Source: Pyrinomonadaceae bacterium (lineage in GTDB: Bacteria > Acidobacteriota > Blastocatellia > Pyrinomonadales > Pyrinomonadaceae). From it: a stretch of DNA of 41,444 nt. Position 1 is the first letter of the stretch; each line of letters opens with the position of its first letter. Positions 25,635 to 34,175 of the stretch are shown in pieces. The stretch lies in NCBI GenBank assembly GCA_031392315.1, contig JANMVC010000130.1, positions 1 to 41,444 of the forward strand, given 5' to 3'. The notes below the pieces were generated by a model. That model saw only the letters and a program-made list of their open reading frames with translations, was not told the origin of the DNA and made no database searches. The translations under genes were made by a program, and so were the position numbers.

Positions 25635-25760
25635 TCACACCTCACTCCTGAAGCTCGGCGCTTCCACGCTGACGACGCGAGCGGACAGTAGCCTGTCCTC
25701 GACGCGTGCGTCCCAGCGCGCTGCCCATTGGCTCGGTGTGACGTTGGTGTTGATCGTCAT
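25635..25760 (-). CDS. Hypothetical small protein (41 aa from the ATG), last ORF of the early block
   Basis: GGAGGAGG lies upstream of the ATG at 25760. ATGA overlap with the HNH stop. Confidence 0.45.
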   Translation of the reverse strand: MTINTNVTPSQWAARWDARVEDRLLSARVVSVEAPSFRSEV

Positions 25761-26197
25761 GCCTCCTCCTTCAGAAACGTCTTGGCGTCGTAAGCGAACC
25801 GTTGGACCGATGACTTGCTCGCGCACATCGACGCAATGGCGTGCGTGAGTTCAAGCGCACCGTTGTTCTCCAACCCGACGAGTAGCGCGCCGTTCAAGAT
25901 TTGAAACTCTCTCGGCTTCAGCTTTGGGAACACATAGCGCCTGAAGTTCTGGAGATGATTGTGCATCTGTCGATGACAGTTCGGGCACAGCACTGTTACG
26001 TCACCCAGCCCATACTCCCAAGGGAGCTTGCCGGGTTCGTAAAAGTGATGATGAACATTCGTGGCGGCCGAATGTAGGCGACACGCCTGGCAGACATTCC
26101 CGTAAAGCCCTTTCACATGGTCAGAGAACGCTTTCCAGTCGTCGGTCTTCAGGAGGAGCTTGTAAGTCTCCGCTGCTGTTTGTGATTGCTGGCTCAT
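25757..26197 (-). CDS. HNH endonuclease (146 aa; start moved to MSQQSQT)
   Basis: CQACRLHSAATNVHHHFY...VTVLCPNCHRQMH. ATGA overlap upstream. Confidence 0.75.
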   Translation of the reverse strand: MSQQSQTAAETYKLLLKTDDWKAFSDHVKGLYGNVCQACRLHSAATNVHHHFYEPGKLPWEYGLGDVTVLCPNCHRQMHNHLQNFRRYVFPKLKPREFQILNGALLVGLENNGALELTHAIASMCASKSSVQRFAYDAKTFLKEEA

Positions 26198-27003
26198 ACC
26201 ATCAGGCCCAATGCTTTCTTCAGTTCCTTCTTGCGCTGCACCAATCGCTGCCGCTCCGTGGCGTCTGCCGGCGTCCACGTCTGATGGTCTGCGTATCCGG
26301 CCCGAAGATTGGCCAATCGCTTCTCGATTCGCTCAAGGTCTTTAGAATCGCGAACCATCATTGCGCTTGCGCTGACGCCGCCCGAATAGTGCGCCGATTC
26401 TCCTTTGGCGCTCCTGGAGCTCGTTGACCACGTCGCCAATTTGCTCTCCCACTTTTGGACCGGATGCCCGTTTTTATCGATCCATCCCGACGACTCGAAG
26501 TGATGCCAGAACCGTTCCCCTTCCTCCTTCGGGACGGCGCTCATTTCGCACTTGGTTAGCACGTCTTGAAGGGTAGGCCTGGAACCCCTTTTGTTTGTTT
26601 GTACCTTATATGGATCTGGATCTGATTCTGGATCTACCCCGTTACATGGCCGTTGTTGGCGTTTTTCACGGAAGCGTTCCTGGCGCTTCACGTTGCCGCT
26701 TCGCACTTTATGTTCTCTCTCCATTCGCCGGTTCGTAACCGTTACTATTTTGTTGCGCTCCGTTATTATTGCCGCTCCGGTGGTTTGAAGCTCGGTCAAC
26801 GCGTGGACTAAATCGGAGGTCAGGCAACGGGCGAGACGAGCGAGCTGGTCGTTCGTCCCGCGCAGTTGTCCTGAACGTCCTGATTCGTGCATCGCACTGA
26901 GCAGATCGATCCAAACGCCGCGAGTGGCGGGTGAGCAGATGGTGAGGCAGGGATCTTTCAACCAATCCCCGGTGTAGAACTGCATGTAGGGGTAACCAGC
27001 CAT
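26194..27003 (-). CDS. YdaU/DUF1376-family replication-associated protein (269 aa)
   Basis: The N-terminal YPYMQFYTGDWLKD..TRGVWIDLL is the characteristic DUF1376 signature. Confidence 0.7.
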   Translation of the reverse strand: MAGYPYMQFYTGDWLKDPCLTICSPATRGVWIDLLSAMHESGRSGQLRGTNDQLARLARCLTSDLVHALTELQTTGAAIITERNKIVTVTNRRMEREHKVRSGNVKRQERFREKRQQRPCNGVDPESDPDPYKVQTNKRGSRPTLQDVLTKCEMSAVPKEEGERFWHHFESSGWIDKNGHPVQKWESKLATWSTSSRSAKGESAHYSGGVSASAMMVRDSKDLERIEKRLANLRAGYADHQTWTPADATERQRLVQRKKELKKALGLMV

Positions 27004-27148
27004 TCAGGCGACTTGATGTCCCGGCGTTGTCGCTTCCGGGTTTCGTTTTGAAATCAGTGCTGCGGTCATTCGGCTATGTGCCTTGGTCCATTTCATTTCG
27101 GTGGATTTGACTCCGTGTTGGTGCGGCCCAATACACTGTTAGGGCGCT

Positions 27149-27355
27149 TCAAATATTGTAGTCATCGGGCTTTTGGACGATCGCGTCTTTGCAGATCAGC
27201 AGCGTGTCGTGCAGCATCTCCATCGTCCTTGAGAATAGTGGAGCGGACACGGTTGCTATTTTTCCACTCGGCAGCACGATGTGCATGGTGGAGTTTGGGA
27301 TGTGCGCGTCGTCCGGATGGCGCGGGATTGAGATCACGTAGTGTTGAGCATTCAT
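27149..27355 (-). CDS. Hypothetical protein (68 aa)
   Basis: ATGA overlap with the upstream micro-ORF. Confidence 0.6.
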   Translation of the reverse strand: MNAQHYVISIPRHPDDAHIPNSTMHIVLPSGKIATVSAPLFSRTMEMLHDTLLICKDAIVQKPDDYNI

Positions 27356-27447
27356 TTTTGTATTACGCTTATTTCGCGCCCTAACAAATCGCTGGAGCCA
27401 ATGACGGGCAGCGCGTCAGTTTCAGTTTTCATTTTTGGTTCCGTCAT
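27352..27447 (-). CDS. Unlisted micro-ORF (31 aa)
   Basis: Manual translation gives MTEPKMKTETDALPVIGSSDLLGREISVIQK. It fills the gap and ends in an ATGA overlap. Confidence 0.3.
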   Translation of the reverse strand: MTEPKMKTETDALPVIGSSDLLGREISVIQK

Positions 27448-27450
27448 GGC

Positions 27451-27666
27451 TCAGCTTGGGTCGTTAGGCTTCCTCATGTCATCGTCCAGACATTGCGCCA
27501 GCAGCCTTGGCTCTTCCTTCATGCGCCAGCCTCGCGTGTCCTCGGTTGCCCAGCGGAGTGCGGTTTCCATCGCCTGCGCGATGCGTTGCACTTTTGGGTC
27601 GGGGTGCTCTTCGCATAGCTTGCGATACAGCCTCTTCATTCGGTTGATGCTCTCGGTCGTTTTCAT
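27451..27666 (-). CDS. Hypothetical protein (71 aa)
   Basis: ATGA overlap upstream. Confidence 0.65.
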   Translation of the reverse strand: MKTTESINRMKRLYRKLCEEHPDPKVQRIAQAMETALRWATEDTRGWRMKEEPRLLAQCLDDDMRKPNDPS

Positions 27667-28013
27667 AGCTTTGGGTCGTTTTCTCCGCTGTTGAAAATAG
27701 TTGGGTGGGTGAGACGGATTATGGAAAGCGTGGTTAAAGCTTTTTCAATCACTACGTCTCGCCATTTACGCATTTGAGGCGCACTGTCCAGGATTAGTTG
27801 TGAATCAGCGGCGTATTCGTCGAAGCATTCTATGGTGGATCTTAAATCTGCGACGACTAACTTCAGAGATTCGGAGAGTTGGTTCTCCCTCTTCTCATGC
27901 TCTGCTTGGAGGGTGGAGAGCGCCAGGAAGACAGCTTCTTTTTCAGATGCAAAAGATGGCCATAGACACTTATTAGTCATCTCTCTCAGTCGTTGTTCAG
28001 TTTCGGGAGTCAT
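27663..28013 (-). CDS. Hypothetical protein (116 aa), in the AT-rich island
   Basis: Clean ORF with visibly lower GC than its flanks. Confidence 0.7.
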   Translation of the reverse strand: MTPETEQRLREMTNKCLWPSFASEKEAVFLALSTLQAEHEKRENQLSESLKLVVADLRSTIECFDEYAADSQLILDSAPQMRKWRDVVIEKALTTLSIIRLTHPTIFNSGENDPKL

Positions 28014-28140
28014 TTTTCTTGTTCCTTTCTACACAATCATCAAAGGCGGCTATGGCTAGTATCCCAAAGGCCATGCTCATATCGGAATTTCTTAGACACA
28101 TAAAAATCGCACTTCCAAGAATGTAAATGAATGCTTTCAC
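27997..28140 (-). CDS. Unlisted micro-ORF, membrane peptide (47 aa, GTG start)
   Basis: Manual translation gives VKAFIYILGSAIFMCLRNSDMSMAFGILAIAAFDDCVERNKKNDSRN. GTGA overlap upstream. Confidence 0.35.
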   Translation of the reverse strand: MKAFIYILGSAIFMCLRNSDMSMAFGILAIAAFDDCVERNKKNDSRN

Positions 28141-28319
28141 AACCCCTCCCCTTCCACTTCCAATGTTCCATGTAAATGTATTGTATAAATAGCATCTAAA
28201 ACAACTGAATGTTCTCCACTAAGCCCACTTAAATGGGCTTGAAAAGTAGAACATCGAGCCTCGATCGGATGCCAGTTGTCACAATGATGACAATAGTTTT
28301 CTTTGTTTTTTGATTTCAT
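28137..28319 (-). CDS. Cys/His-rich small protein (60 aa)
   Basis: The YCHHCDNWHPIEARC motif. Confidence 0.55.
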   Translation of the reverse strand: MKSKNKENYCHHCDNWHPIEARCSTFQAHLSGLSGEHSVVLDAIYTIHLHGTLEVEGEGL

Positions 28320-28443
28320 AGTTTATCCAAATACAAAAACCGATTACATGCAGTGGAATTAGTATCAAAGCAAACGGGGGAAAAAATAAACTTGTGATAA
28401 CAAACACACCCTCTTCATAAGCATCTTGCAATTCGTTCAACAT
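28279..28443 (-). CDS. Membrane peptide (54 aa; start moved to MLNELQD)
   Basis: TM segment VFVITSLFFPPFALILIPLHVIGFCIWI. Overlaps its neighbours. Confidence 0.5.
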   Translation of the reverse strand: MLNELQDAYEEGVFVITSLFFPPFALILIPLHVIGFCIWINYEIKKQRKLLSSL

Positions 28444-28709
28444 ACTTCTCCTTCCACTACTTTGCGGGCGTGGCTTTCTAGCCAACAAGTCTCAACTGAA
28501 ATGGAAGCTCTCACGGTTTTACCAAGAGCGTTGTTATAACCTTCTTGCCAAGCCTTCTCCACTTCCTTCCTCAACTCCGCGTTCTCTCCTTCTAGAGTGC
28601 GGGCGGTTTCCACCATCTCGCAATAAGCTTCCATTGGATCGCCCTTGTAATCTCCACCCATAAACAACAGGTAAGGCTTATCGGTTCTCGGTGTTGGCGT
28701 GTCACTCAT
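28437..28709 (-). CDS. Hypothetical protein (90 aa)
   Basis: ATGA overlap upstream. Confidence 0.7.
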   Translation of the reverse strand: MSDTPTPRTDKPYLLFMGGDYKGDPMEAYCEMVETARTLEGENAELRKEVEKAWQEGYNNALGKTVRASISVETCWLESHARKVVEGEVC

Positions 28710-28918
28710 TCCTTTATCTCCCGTGTTGCCTGCATGTGTTCCCTAACTTCATTCTCCACGCGTTCAGCGCATGTTTCTAGAGCCGACGCGCTGACCTCAA
28801 CTGTGAATGGAACTTTGCCGTTCGCGTCCCGGTAACGGTCGCGTGTCTCTTCGGCGCCCGTGCGCCAGACCGCGGCGAGTTGAAGCATGCGTGTGTGGAA
28901 ATGGATGCCTTTAGTCAT
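28706..28918 (-). CDS. Hypothetical protein (70 aa; start moved to MTKGIHF)
   Basis: The ATG at 28918 overlaps the methyltransferase end by 8 nt. The longer track ORF lies inside the methyltransferase gene. Confidence 0.6.
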   Translation of the reverse strand: MTKGIHFHTRMLQLAAVWRTGAEETRDRYRDANGKVPFTVEVSASALETCAERVENEVREHMQATREIKE

Positions 28919-29921
28919 TCGATCTCTCCTCACGAAACAGTATCCCTTCCGGCCGCAGGCAATGCGGACTAAACCAGATCCTTTCCCTGGCTGAGTTGGT
29001 GCGCCCGGTGCCGTTAGCCTGCGAGCCGTAACCCCCGCGCGCCTTCCAGGGCACGCACGCCCAATCTTCGGGCATGGTGTGTTCACCCTCGTAACCGCAA
29101 AGAGCGATGCGGAGCAGCGAGTTCTCGCCATTGGCAATCGCCCATTCACGGACAGCCGCCGAGCAATCCGTTTCGACCGAATAACAATCCGAGCGATCCG
29201 CAGTGTAAGGCGGGTCCAGAAAGACAGCCGTCACACCGTGCTTGATCGTGACCGACTCACCCAAGACGCGGGTCCAATCCCCGCAACAAATGCGGACGTT
29301 GCGGAATCGATCCGCCAGCGTGGCGAAATAATCGTGTATCGGTCCACGGTTGGCCGCGTTGATGCCTTTTCCGTTTGTCATCAGATGCGGACGCTTCTCG
29401 TGGTTGTGGCTTCCCCTTCCCGCGTCGCCCAGATGGGGCAACTTCCGGTTGATCCCCATTCCCGCGCTGCCAAGGTGCGGAAGCTGTTCCGGTTGATCCC
29501 CATTCCCGCGTTGCACGCACCAACCCGAGCCGATCCATGAACACAAACCCCAAACCCACCAACCCGCGATCTTCGCGTCGTAAAATTCCGGGTCAGACTT
29601 CAGCATCTCCAGACGCGCCCCACCGAACGACACCAGCCAACGATGACGCGCCAGTAGATCCGCCTCGCTCACCGGCCAATCCGCCCAAGTGGCAGTCAGT
29701 TCAGGATCGGTTTGGATCGCCCGCCAGAAATTCACCAGATAGGCGTCAGCGTCATTCACGGTCTCGGTGTTGGGCGCGTGCGGCCGACCAAGCAAGACCG
29801 CGCCCGAGCCAAAGAATGGCTCCACGTAATTCGGCACATCGCCGAAACGCTCCCAGACCAACGGAGCGACGCGCGACTTACCACCGAACCAGGGGAATGG
29901 GGCTTTAAGTGGATCGCTCAT
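28911..29921 (-). CDS. DNA N6-adenine methyltransferase, Dam/D12 class, orphan (336 aa)
   Basis: Motifs PFPWFGGKS, EPFFGSGAV and FLDPPY. No adjacent restriction endonuclease gene. Confidence 0.85.
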   Translation of the reverse strand: MSDPLKAPFPWFGGKSRVAPLVWERFGDVPNYVEPFFGSGAVLLGRPHAPNTETVNDADAYLVNFWRAIQTDPELTATWADWPVSEADLLARHRWLVSFGGARLEMLKSDPEFYDAKIAGWWVWGLCSWIGSGWCVQRGNGDQPEQLPHLGSAGMGINRKLPHLGDAGRGSHNHEKRPHLMTNGKGINAANRGPIHDYFATLADRFRNVRICCGDWTRVLGESVTIKHGVTAVFLDPPYTADRSDCYSVETDCSAAVREWAIANGENSLLRIALCGYEGEHTMPEDWACVPWKARGGYGSQANGTGRTNSARERIWFSPHCLRPEGILFREERSND

Positions 29922-30097
29922 TTGGAAAATAAATCCTTTTGCGCATTCATCACCGTCTCGGCGGCCACAATTAGATCCTCAGCGTGTGGCCGCATTTCAT
30001 CGGGGAGTGTGTTCAAGCGAATCCAATCCGCGTCGTAGCTCGTCCCCTTGGAAAGATCCAAAAGCTCACGTAGACGCTGTAGTTGCTTTGCGTTCAT
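29918..30097 (-). CDS. Unlisted hypothetical protein (59 aa)
   Basis: Manual translation gives MNAKQLQRLRELLDLSKGTSYDADWIRLNTLPDEMRPHAEDLIVAAETVMNAQKDLFSK. ATGA overlaps at both ends. Confidence 0.6.
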   Translation of the reverse strand: MNAKQLQRLRELLDLSKGTSYDADWIRLNTLPDEMRPHAEDLIVAAETVMNAQKDLFSK

Positions 30098-30336
30098 GCC
30101 ATTAAATACTTCTTCGCCCCTTTGCTGTTTTGCTTGGGCAATCCGCGTGGTGAGTTTCTGAAAGTCGAATCGTAAACGAATCGGTAACGCCCCTCGCGAA
30201 CCACGACGGCTTTGGGATCGTGCTTTAGACGGGCAGCGAGAAACTTTTCAAGCGCGTCGCTCTCGCATTCGCGGAAGGATTGAGAGCAGCGCACTAGCCC
30301 GCGTGACTCCGCTTCGGATTTGGAGATGGTGGTCAT
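30094..30336 (-). CDS. Hypothetical protein (80 aa)
   Basis: ATGA overlap upstream. Confidence 0.7.
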   Translation of the reverse strand: MTTISKSEAESRGLVRCSQSFRECESDALEKFLAARLKHDPKAVVVREGRYRFVYDSTFRNSPRGLPKQNSKGAKKYLMA

Positions 30337-30884
30337 ACGGCGACAAATTTGATTAGCTCAAACCTCGCGACCCCATTGGTTCTAAGTGTAAGCTTTGGAA
30401 TCTCTATTCCGTGATCCCTTTGAATTCGCTTTATGAACGGTTTCCCGTTGAGAAGCGAAAGCTCGAACCATCCCTCACTGATCTCGTTTAGCCGCACGGC
30501 TGAAGGTGTGAAAACAGCCCTGGCTTCAGCTTGAGTAAGATCCTTTGCCATCTTCCGTATTGGCTCAGTGTGACGGCCCCCACGAGGCACAGTCACGGGC
30601 TCGCTAAGGACCCGCAACTGCTCGTTAATTGGAAGCTCGGCAACATGGTTGAGAACATGGCGTGGTAGCAATAGCGCGGATGGCTCCAGTTGCTTCCGCC
30701 CAATCGACTCAACGGTCTTTAGCATGGCGATTATCACCCATTGATTAGTGGCAATAATCGCATTAAAGATATACGGATCTTCATCCAGTAGATCCACTAG
30801 TGCTTTCCCGGCATCTCCCAGGAACGTGAACCCCATCTCAAGCTTTGTGATGAAGCCGTCTATTTTGCTTTCAAGGACGTGCAT
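30333..30884 (-). CDS. Hypothetical protein (183 aa)
   Basis: Clean ORF in the coupled string. Confidence 0.75.
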   Translation of the reverse strand: MHVLESKIDGFITKLEMGFTFLGDAGKALVDLLDEDPYIFNAIIATNQWVIIAMLKTVESIGRKQLEPSALLLPRHVLNHVAELPINEQLRVLSEPVTVPRGGRHTEPIRKMAKDLTQAEARAVFTPSAVRLNEISEGWFELSLLNGKPFIKRIQRDHGIEIPKLTLRTNGVARFELIKFVAV

Positions 30885-31189
30885 AAAAGGAATGTCTTGA
30901 GACTGAACTGCGCTCGTGTTGCGTAAATCTGTCTCCGCTTTGCCGCCAACTGTTCTACGGTTGGATTTACTACTCCTTGCCGACGCAGAAGGGTTCTTAA
31001 ATAAGGGTCACTAAGCTTCCGGATAAAAAGCTGTTCATACGCTCGAATCGACTCGACGTTCTTAACTCGTCTCGCCCTCTTGCCGGCTAATACTTTTCCC
31101 CTGTTCCTAGCTACGTAGTTAGCATCGTTGGCTTTCTTTTTTTTGGGATTCGCCTTAGCCCAAGCCATAGCTCGTTCGGATGGTGTCAC
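30860..31189 (-). CDS. Basic protein with a W-x3-NP-x-K...NY motif (109 aa from the GTG; alternative ATG at 31168)
   Basis: GTGA overlap with the RuvC-like stop. Shares a motif with 21768..22532. Confidence 0.55.
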   Translation of the reverse strand: MTPSERAMAWAKANPKKKKANDANYVARNRGKVLAGKRARRVKNVESIRAYEQLFIRKLSDPYLRTLLRRQGVVNPTVEQLAAKRRQIYATRAQFSLKTFLLCTSLKAK

Positions 31190-31659
31190 AACACATCCCT
31201 CCGCGTCACCGTCTCGTCGCGCAACATCTCCGTGCGCATCGTCGCAATCGCGAATGCCTGCCAAAGGTGGCTGCGCAGCCCGTAGGTGATGCCGGGGGCT
31301 TCCTTGGTCCCTTTGTCCCCGTACTTATCCTTGAGCGCCTGAATCACGTTCCCGTCTTTGGCGCGCACGTTACCGCAATGGTGCAGCTTCACGTCGCGAC
31401 GATAGACGAGGTGGAAGGGGATCTTTTTGAATTTGCAATAACTTCGGAACTCCCCGATCCAAAGACACGTTTCAAACACTTCTTTTCCAACAGCCATTCC
31501 GTAGCAGGCCACCATTTCGCACAGGACAACTGCGTTGATCGGCACAAATGTCAGCACAAGCTCATTGGGAGCTATCTCAGCGGTCAGGATGTATCTCCCA
31601 TCCCACCTCAGCACCGCGCTTTCAGTTGTGCCTGGGTCGATTGCGATAATTTGTTTCAC
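31186..31659 (-). CDS. RuvC-like Holliday junction resolvase (157 aa, GTG start)
   Basis: N-terminal KQIIAIDPGTTESAV (RNase H-fold first Asp motif). GTGA overlap upstream. Confidence 0.6.
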   Translation of the reverse strand: MKQIIAIDPGTTESAVLRWDGRYILTAEIAPNELVLTFVPINAVVLCEMVACYGMAVGKEVFETCLWIGEFRSYCKFKKIPFHLVYRRDVKLHHCGNVRAKDGNVIQALKDKYGDKGTKEAPGITYGLRSHLWQAFAIATMRTEMLRDETVTRRDVL

Positions 31660-32012
31660 GCTTCCACCCACTTTCCGATTGTGCGCAGGTAGGCTTCAGC
31701 GCGTTGTGCGGCGGTGGCCTGATAGAATGCGTGGTCAGTTAGGTGCCCGGTGTCTGGGTCTTGCTGCTCAACTGTCGCGTCACGCATGATGATTTTACGA
31801 AGCTCCACGCAATACTCATTTCGTTGATGCAACCGGAGCGTCATCGCGGCCTCATGCATCGCGTTCAGGTCGTGCAAATAGTCGGGGAGGTGATAATCAT
31901 AATTATCCTTTGGGTTTTCTCCGCGTGGAAGGCTCATCGAGCATGGGCATATTCGCACTTGCTTCCACCCAACACTCTTCGCAATCGCGATCCTTTGAAT
32001 TACTGTATTCAC
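31656..32012 (-). CDS. Hypothetical protein resembling the phage ABA-sandwich domain (118 aa, GTG start)
   Basis: GWKQV...LPDYLHDLNAMHEAAMTL pattern. GGGAGGG lies upstream of the GTG; GTGA overlap. Confidence 0.45.
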   Translation of the reverse strand: MNTVIQRIAIAKSVGWKQVRICPCSMSLPRGENPKDNYDYHLPDYLHDLNAMHEAAMTLRLHQRNEYCVELRKIIMRDATVEQQDPDTGHLTDHAFYQATAAQRAEAYLRTIGKWVEA

Positions 32013-32206
32013 GCTGCCCTCCCTTTCATCTCGCGCACGTAGAACTTCCCATCCGGCCCGCAGCAACCCACGTTATCGCGTCTTTCAATATCGCAAAATG
32101 TCATCTCGGTTTCACCTGTCACCGGCGACTCAACTGAGGTTCGTTTGCATTTCGAAAAACCGAATTCAATCGGGTGATAATGCGCGCAGTCTTTACAGAG
32201 GTTCAT
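32009..32206 (-). CDS. Cys-rich small protein (65 aa)
   Basis: MNLCKDCAHYH...FCDIERRDNVGCCG. ATGA overlap upstream. Confidence 0.6.
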   Translation of the reverse strand: MNLCKDCAHYHPIEFGFSKCKRTSVESPVTGETEMTFCDIERRDNVGCCGPDGKFYVREMKGRAA

Positions 32207-33216
32207 GGCGTAAAATCGCACTCCTCAACGCGGGCCAGATCGGTAGTGATCGGCGCGATGCTTGGAAACGTTTCGCGGAAAGCGTTTTTGACGCTCACCA
32301 TCCAAGGCTCAGGCTCCACAACCTGAAACGGACTAATGACCGTCTGCGTGGGCGGGTAAGACGGCCACTCGCCAGACATGAGGCAGCGGCAGTAATCGCG
32401 CAACGCCTGCTGATATTGCACCCGACCCAGCGCGAGGAATTCCAGGGAGAGCATCGGGATCGGATTCGCCACTTCGTAGGGCGGAAAGTTTTCTTGGATG
32501 ACGTTCAACCAGGTTTCCCGATGCTCGCCAGTCGCCGCGTTGAACAGGTCCGAATGAAACGCCGCCTGCACATGATACCCGCGCTCAAACGAGATACGCG
32601 CCCACCGTTGACCATCCGCCGTGAAGCTCGTTTTGAAGTCGGCAAGGCACGGGCCGAAATCGCGGCTGCTCTTGTCAGGCACAAGATCCAAGAGCGCCTT
32701 GACCGGGATGACTAATCCAGTTTGAGCGTCCACGTATTCACCCACGACGAAGACCTGACGCTTCGAGCATTCGATCAGTTCAAGGACAGGCCCGTTGGAC
32801 AGCAAAACGCCAATTGCTTCCTGAGCGTCGCCAAGCTCTTTCGGCGTGAGGCAAGACTTTGACCCCTGATTTTGCTTCCACTCCTTGCAAAAGCCAGCGT
32901 TCCAATTCCATGGCTTTTCAGTTCGAGGGTCGGACTTGGTAGGTTCACATGGGTAAACGTCCGGCGTGACGGCGTAACGCTCACCAAACGCACTTGGCGA
33001 CAGTGCGAGCGTGTCCATGAGTTGCCCCCAATCCGTCGAGTCCGTGTCCTTACTCTGATACCCACGAATCCAGCGCGACGGGCATTTTGCGAACTCCATG
33101 AGCGTTGACCGACCGATGGCCAACCCGTGTTCGCCGCGCTTGGCGTCCGACCGGTGATAAGCTTCCGGGTCGATCCCGTCGCCCACGATTCGAGCGTTTT
33201 GAAAGAAGGGTTTCAT
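32203..33216 (-). CDS. PD-(D/E)XK (RecB/YqaJ-like) nuclease (337 aa; start moved to MKPFFQN)
   Basis: KALLDLVPD...CLADFKTS fits D...(D/E)XK. ATGA overlap with the ATPase stop. Confidence 0.65.
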   Translation of the reverse strand: MKPFFQNARIVGDGIDPEAYHRSDAKRGEHGLAIGRSTLMEFAKCPSRWIRGYQSKDTDSTDWGQLMDTLALSPSAFGERYAVTPDVYPCEPTKSDPRTEKPWNWNAGFCKEWKQNQGSKSCLTPKELGDAQEAIGVLLSNGPVLELIECSKRQVFVVGEYVDAQTGLVIPVKALLDLVPDKSSRDFGPCLADFKTSFTADGQRWARISFERGYHVQAAFHSDLFNAATGEHRETWLNVIQENFPPYEVANPIPMLSLEFLALGRVQYQQALRDYCRCLMSGEWPSYPPTQTVISPFQVVEPEPWMVSVKNAFRETFPSIAPITTDLARVEECDFTP

Positions 33217-34175
33217 GTCAGTTCGATTTCCACTTTCGTTCGCGCCTCGGTCATTTCGTCGTCGCTCAACGCGGAAACTTTCTGGCCGGGTTGCAGGATT
33301 TTCTTGGACACCATCCACGCTTCAGCCACGTCCCACGATTGAGCCGTGCCGCGAATTGTCTGGCAGGCGGACCAGAGGCGCGCCTTGGCTTGGCTGGGTG
33401 CGGCTTTAGCTGGAGTGGATGGATTATTGCACCAGCGAGCCAAAGCCTCGCCGTGCTCCGTTGTGATGGGTCCGGACTTTGGGAAGCAATCCCGCAATGA
33501 CGGGTGCGAACACTTTGTCAGGTCGATGGAATGATCCTTCAAAACCTCGGCGTGCGCCGTCATCTCAAAAATGAAATCGTCCGCCTGAATCGGCGTTGTG
33601 AAATCATCCTTAATGATTTGCGTCTTGCCGATCTGGTCCCGACGAATCGCGCCAGACTCCGCCATCTCCGCCGTTCCTTTGACCTGTTTGGTTTTGTGTT
33701 TGGCGCGAAGACAGACGATCACCGGAAGCCTCGATTGAAGGAGACGAAGCATGAACTTGGCGTGCTCCATTTTCGGGCCGCGCCAGTTATGCAACCCCGG
33801 CCTGCCACTCTTGGCTTCTGCCTCCCCAGCCAAGTCCAGGACGCCCCCGATACCCTCCCACTCGTGCGACGCGCTATCCATCACCAGAACACCCGCGCCT
33901 GAGTCCTCCGCTGCGCCGATAGCTTCCATGTAACGCGACGGTGCGAACGGCTGGAAGAGTTCGATCACATCGTAACCGCCCGGTAGGACATCGGCGTATA
34001 GGCTGCCACGTCCGCTCTCGGTGTCTACCATCACGATCTTTCCGGATGGCCCAACCAACCCACGCGCCAGCAATAGGGCGGAGTAAGTCTTACCGCACCC
34101 GGATTCACCGTAGAGCCCGATCAAAGGTTTAATCCCTTGACGAGTGGCTGGCTTGATTGTCAACGCGCTACTCAT
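33213..34175 (-). CDS. RecA-fold AAA_24/Sak4-like ATPase (320 aa)
   Basis: Walker A LYGESGCGKT and Walker B-like VLVMDSASHEW. Confidence 0.7.
   Translation of the reverse strand: MSSALTIKPATRQGIKPLIGLYGESGCGKTYSALLLARGLVGPSGKIVMVDTESGRGSLYADVLPGGYDVIELFQPFAPSRYMEAIGAAEDSGAGVLVMDSASHEWEGIGGVLDLAGEAEAKSGRPGLHNWRGPKMEHAKFMLRLLQSRLPVIVCLRAKHKTKQVKGTAEMAESGAIRRDQIGKTQIIKDDFTTPIQADDFIFEMTAHAEVLKDHSIDLTKCSHPSLRDCFPKSGPITTEHGEALARWCNNPSTPAKAAPSQAKARLWSACQTIRGTAQSWDVAEAWMVSKKILQPGQKVSALSDDEMTEARTKVEIELT

Noticed and set aside
28706-29149. 147-aa version of the gene after the methyltransferase (similar over-long track starts at 33318, 26278, 21939, 22610, 19385, 15893, 14156, 8653, 37127 and 36783)
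   Set aside because: The long versions overlap the upstream gene by 70-250 nt. Internal ATG/GTG codons that form 4-nt overlaps with the upstream stop are far more plausible.
29443-29510. Diversity-generating retroelement template/variable repeat pair
   Set aside because: The copies are identical rather than adenine-mutated, lie only 44 nt apart in one gene, and no reverse transcriptase is encoded.
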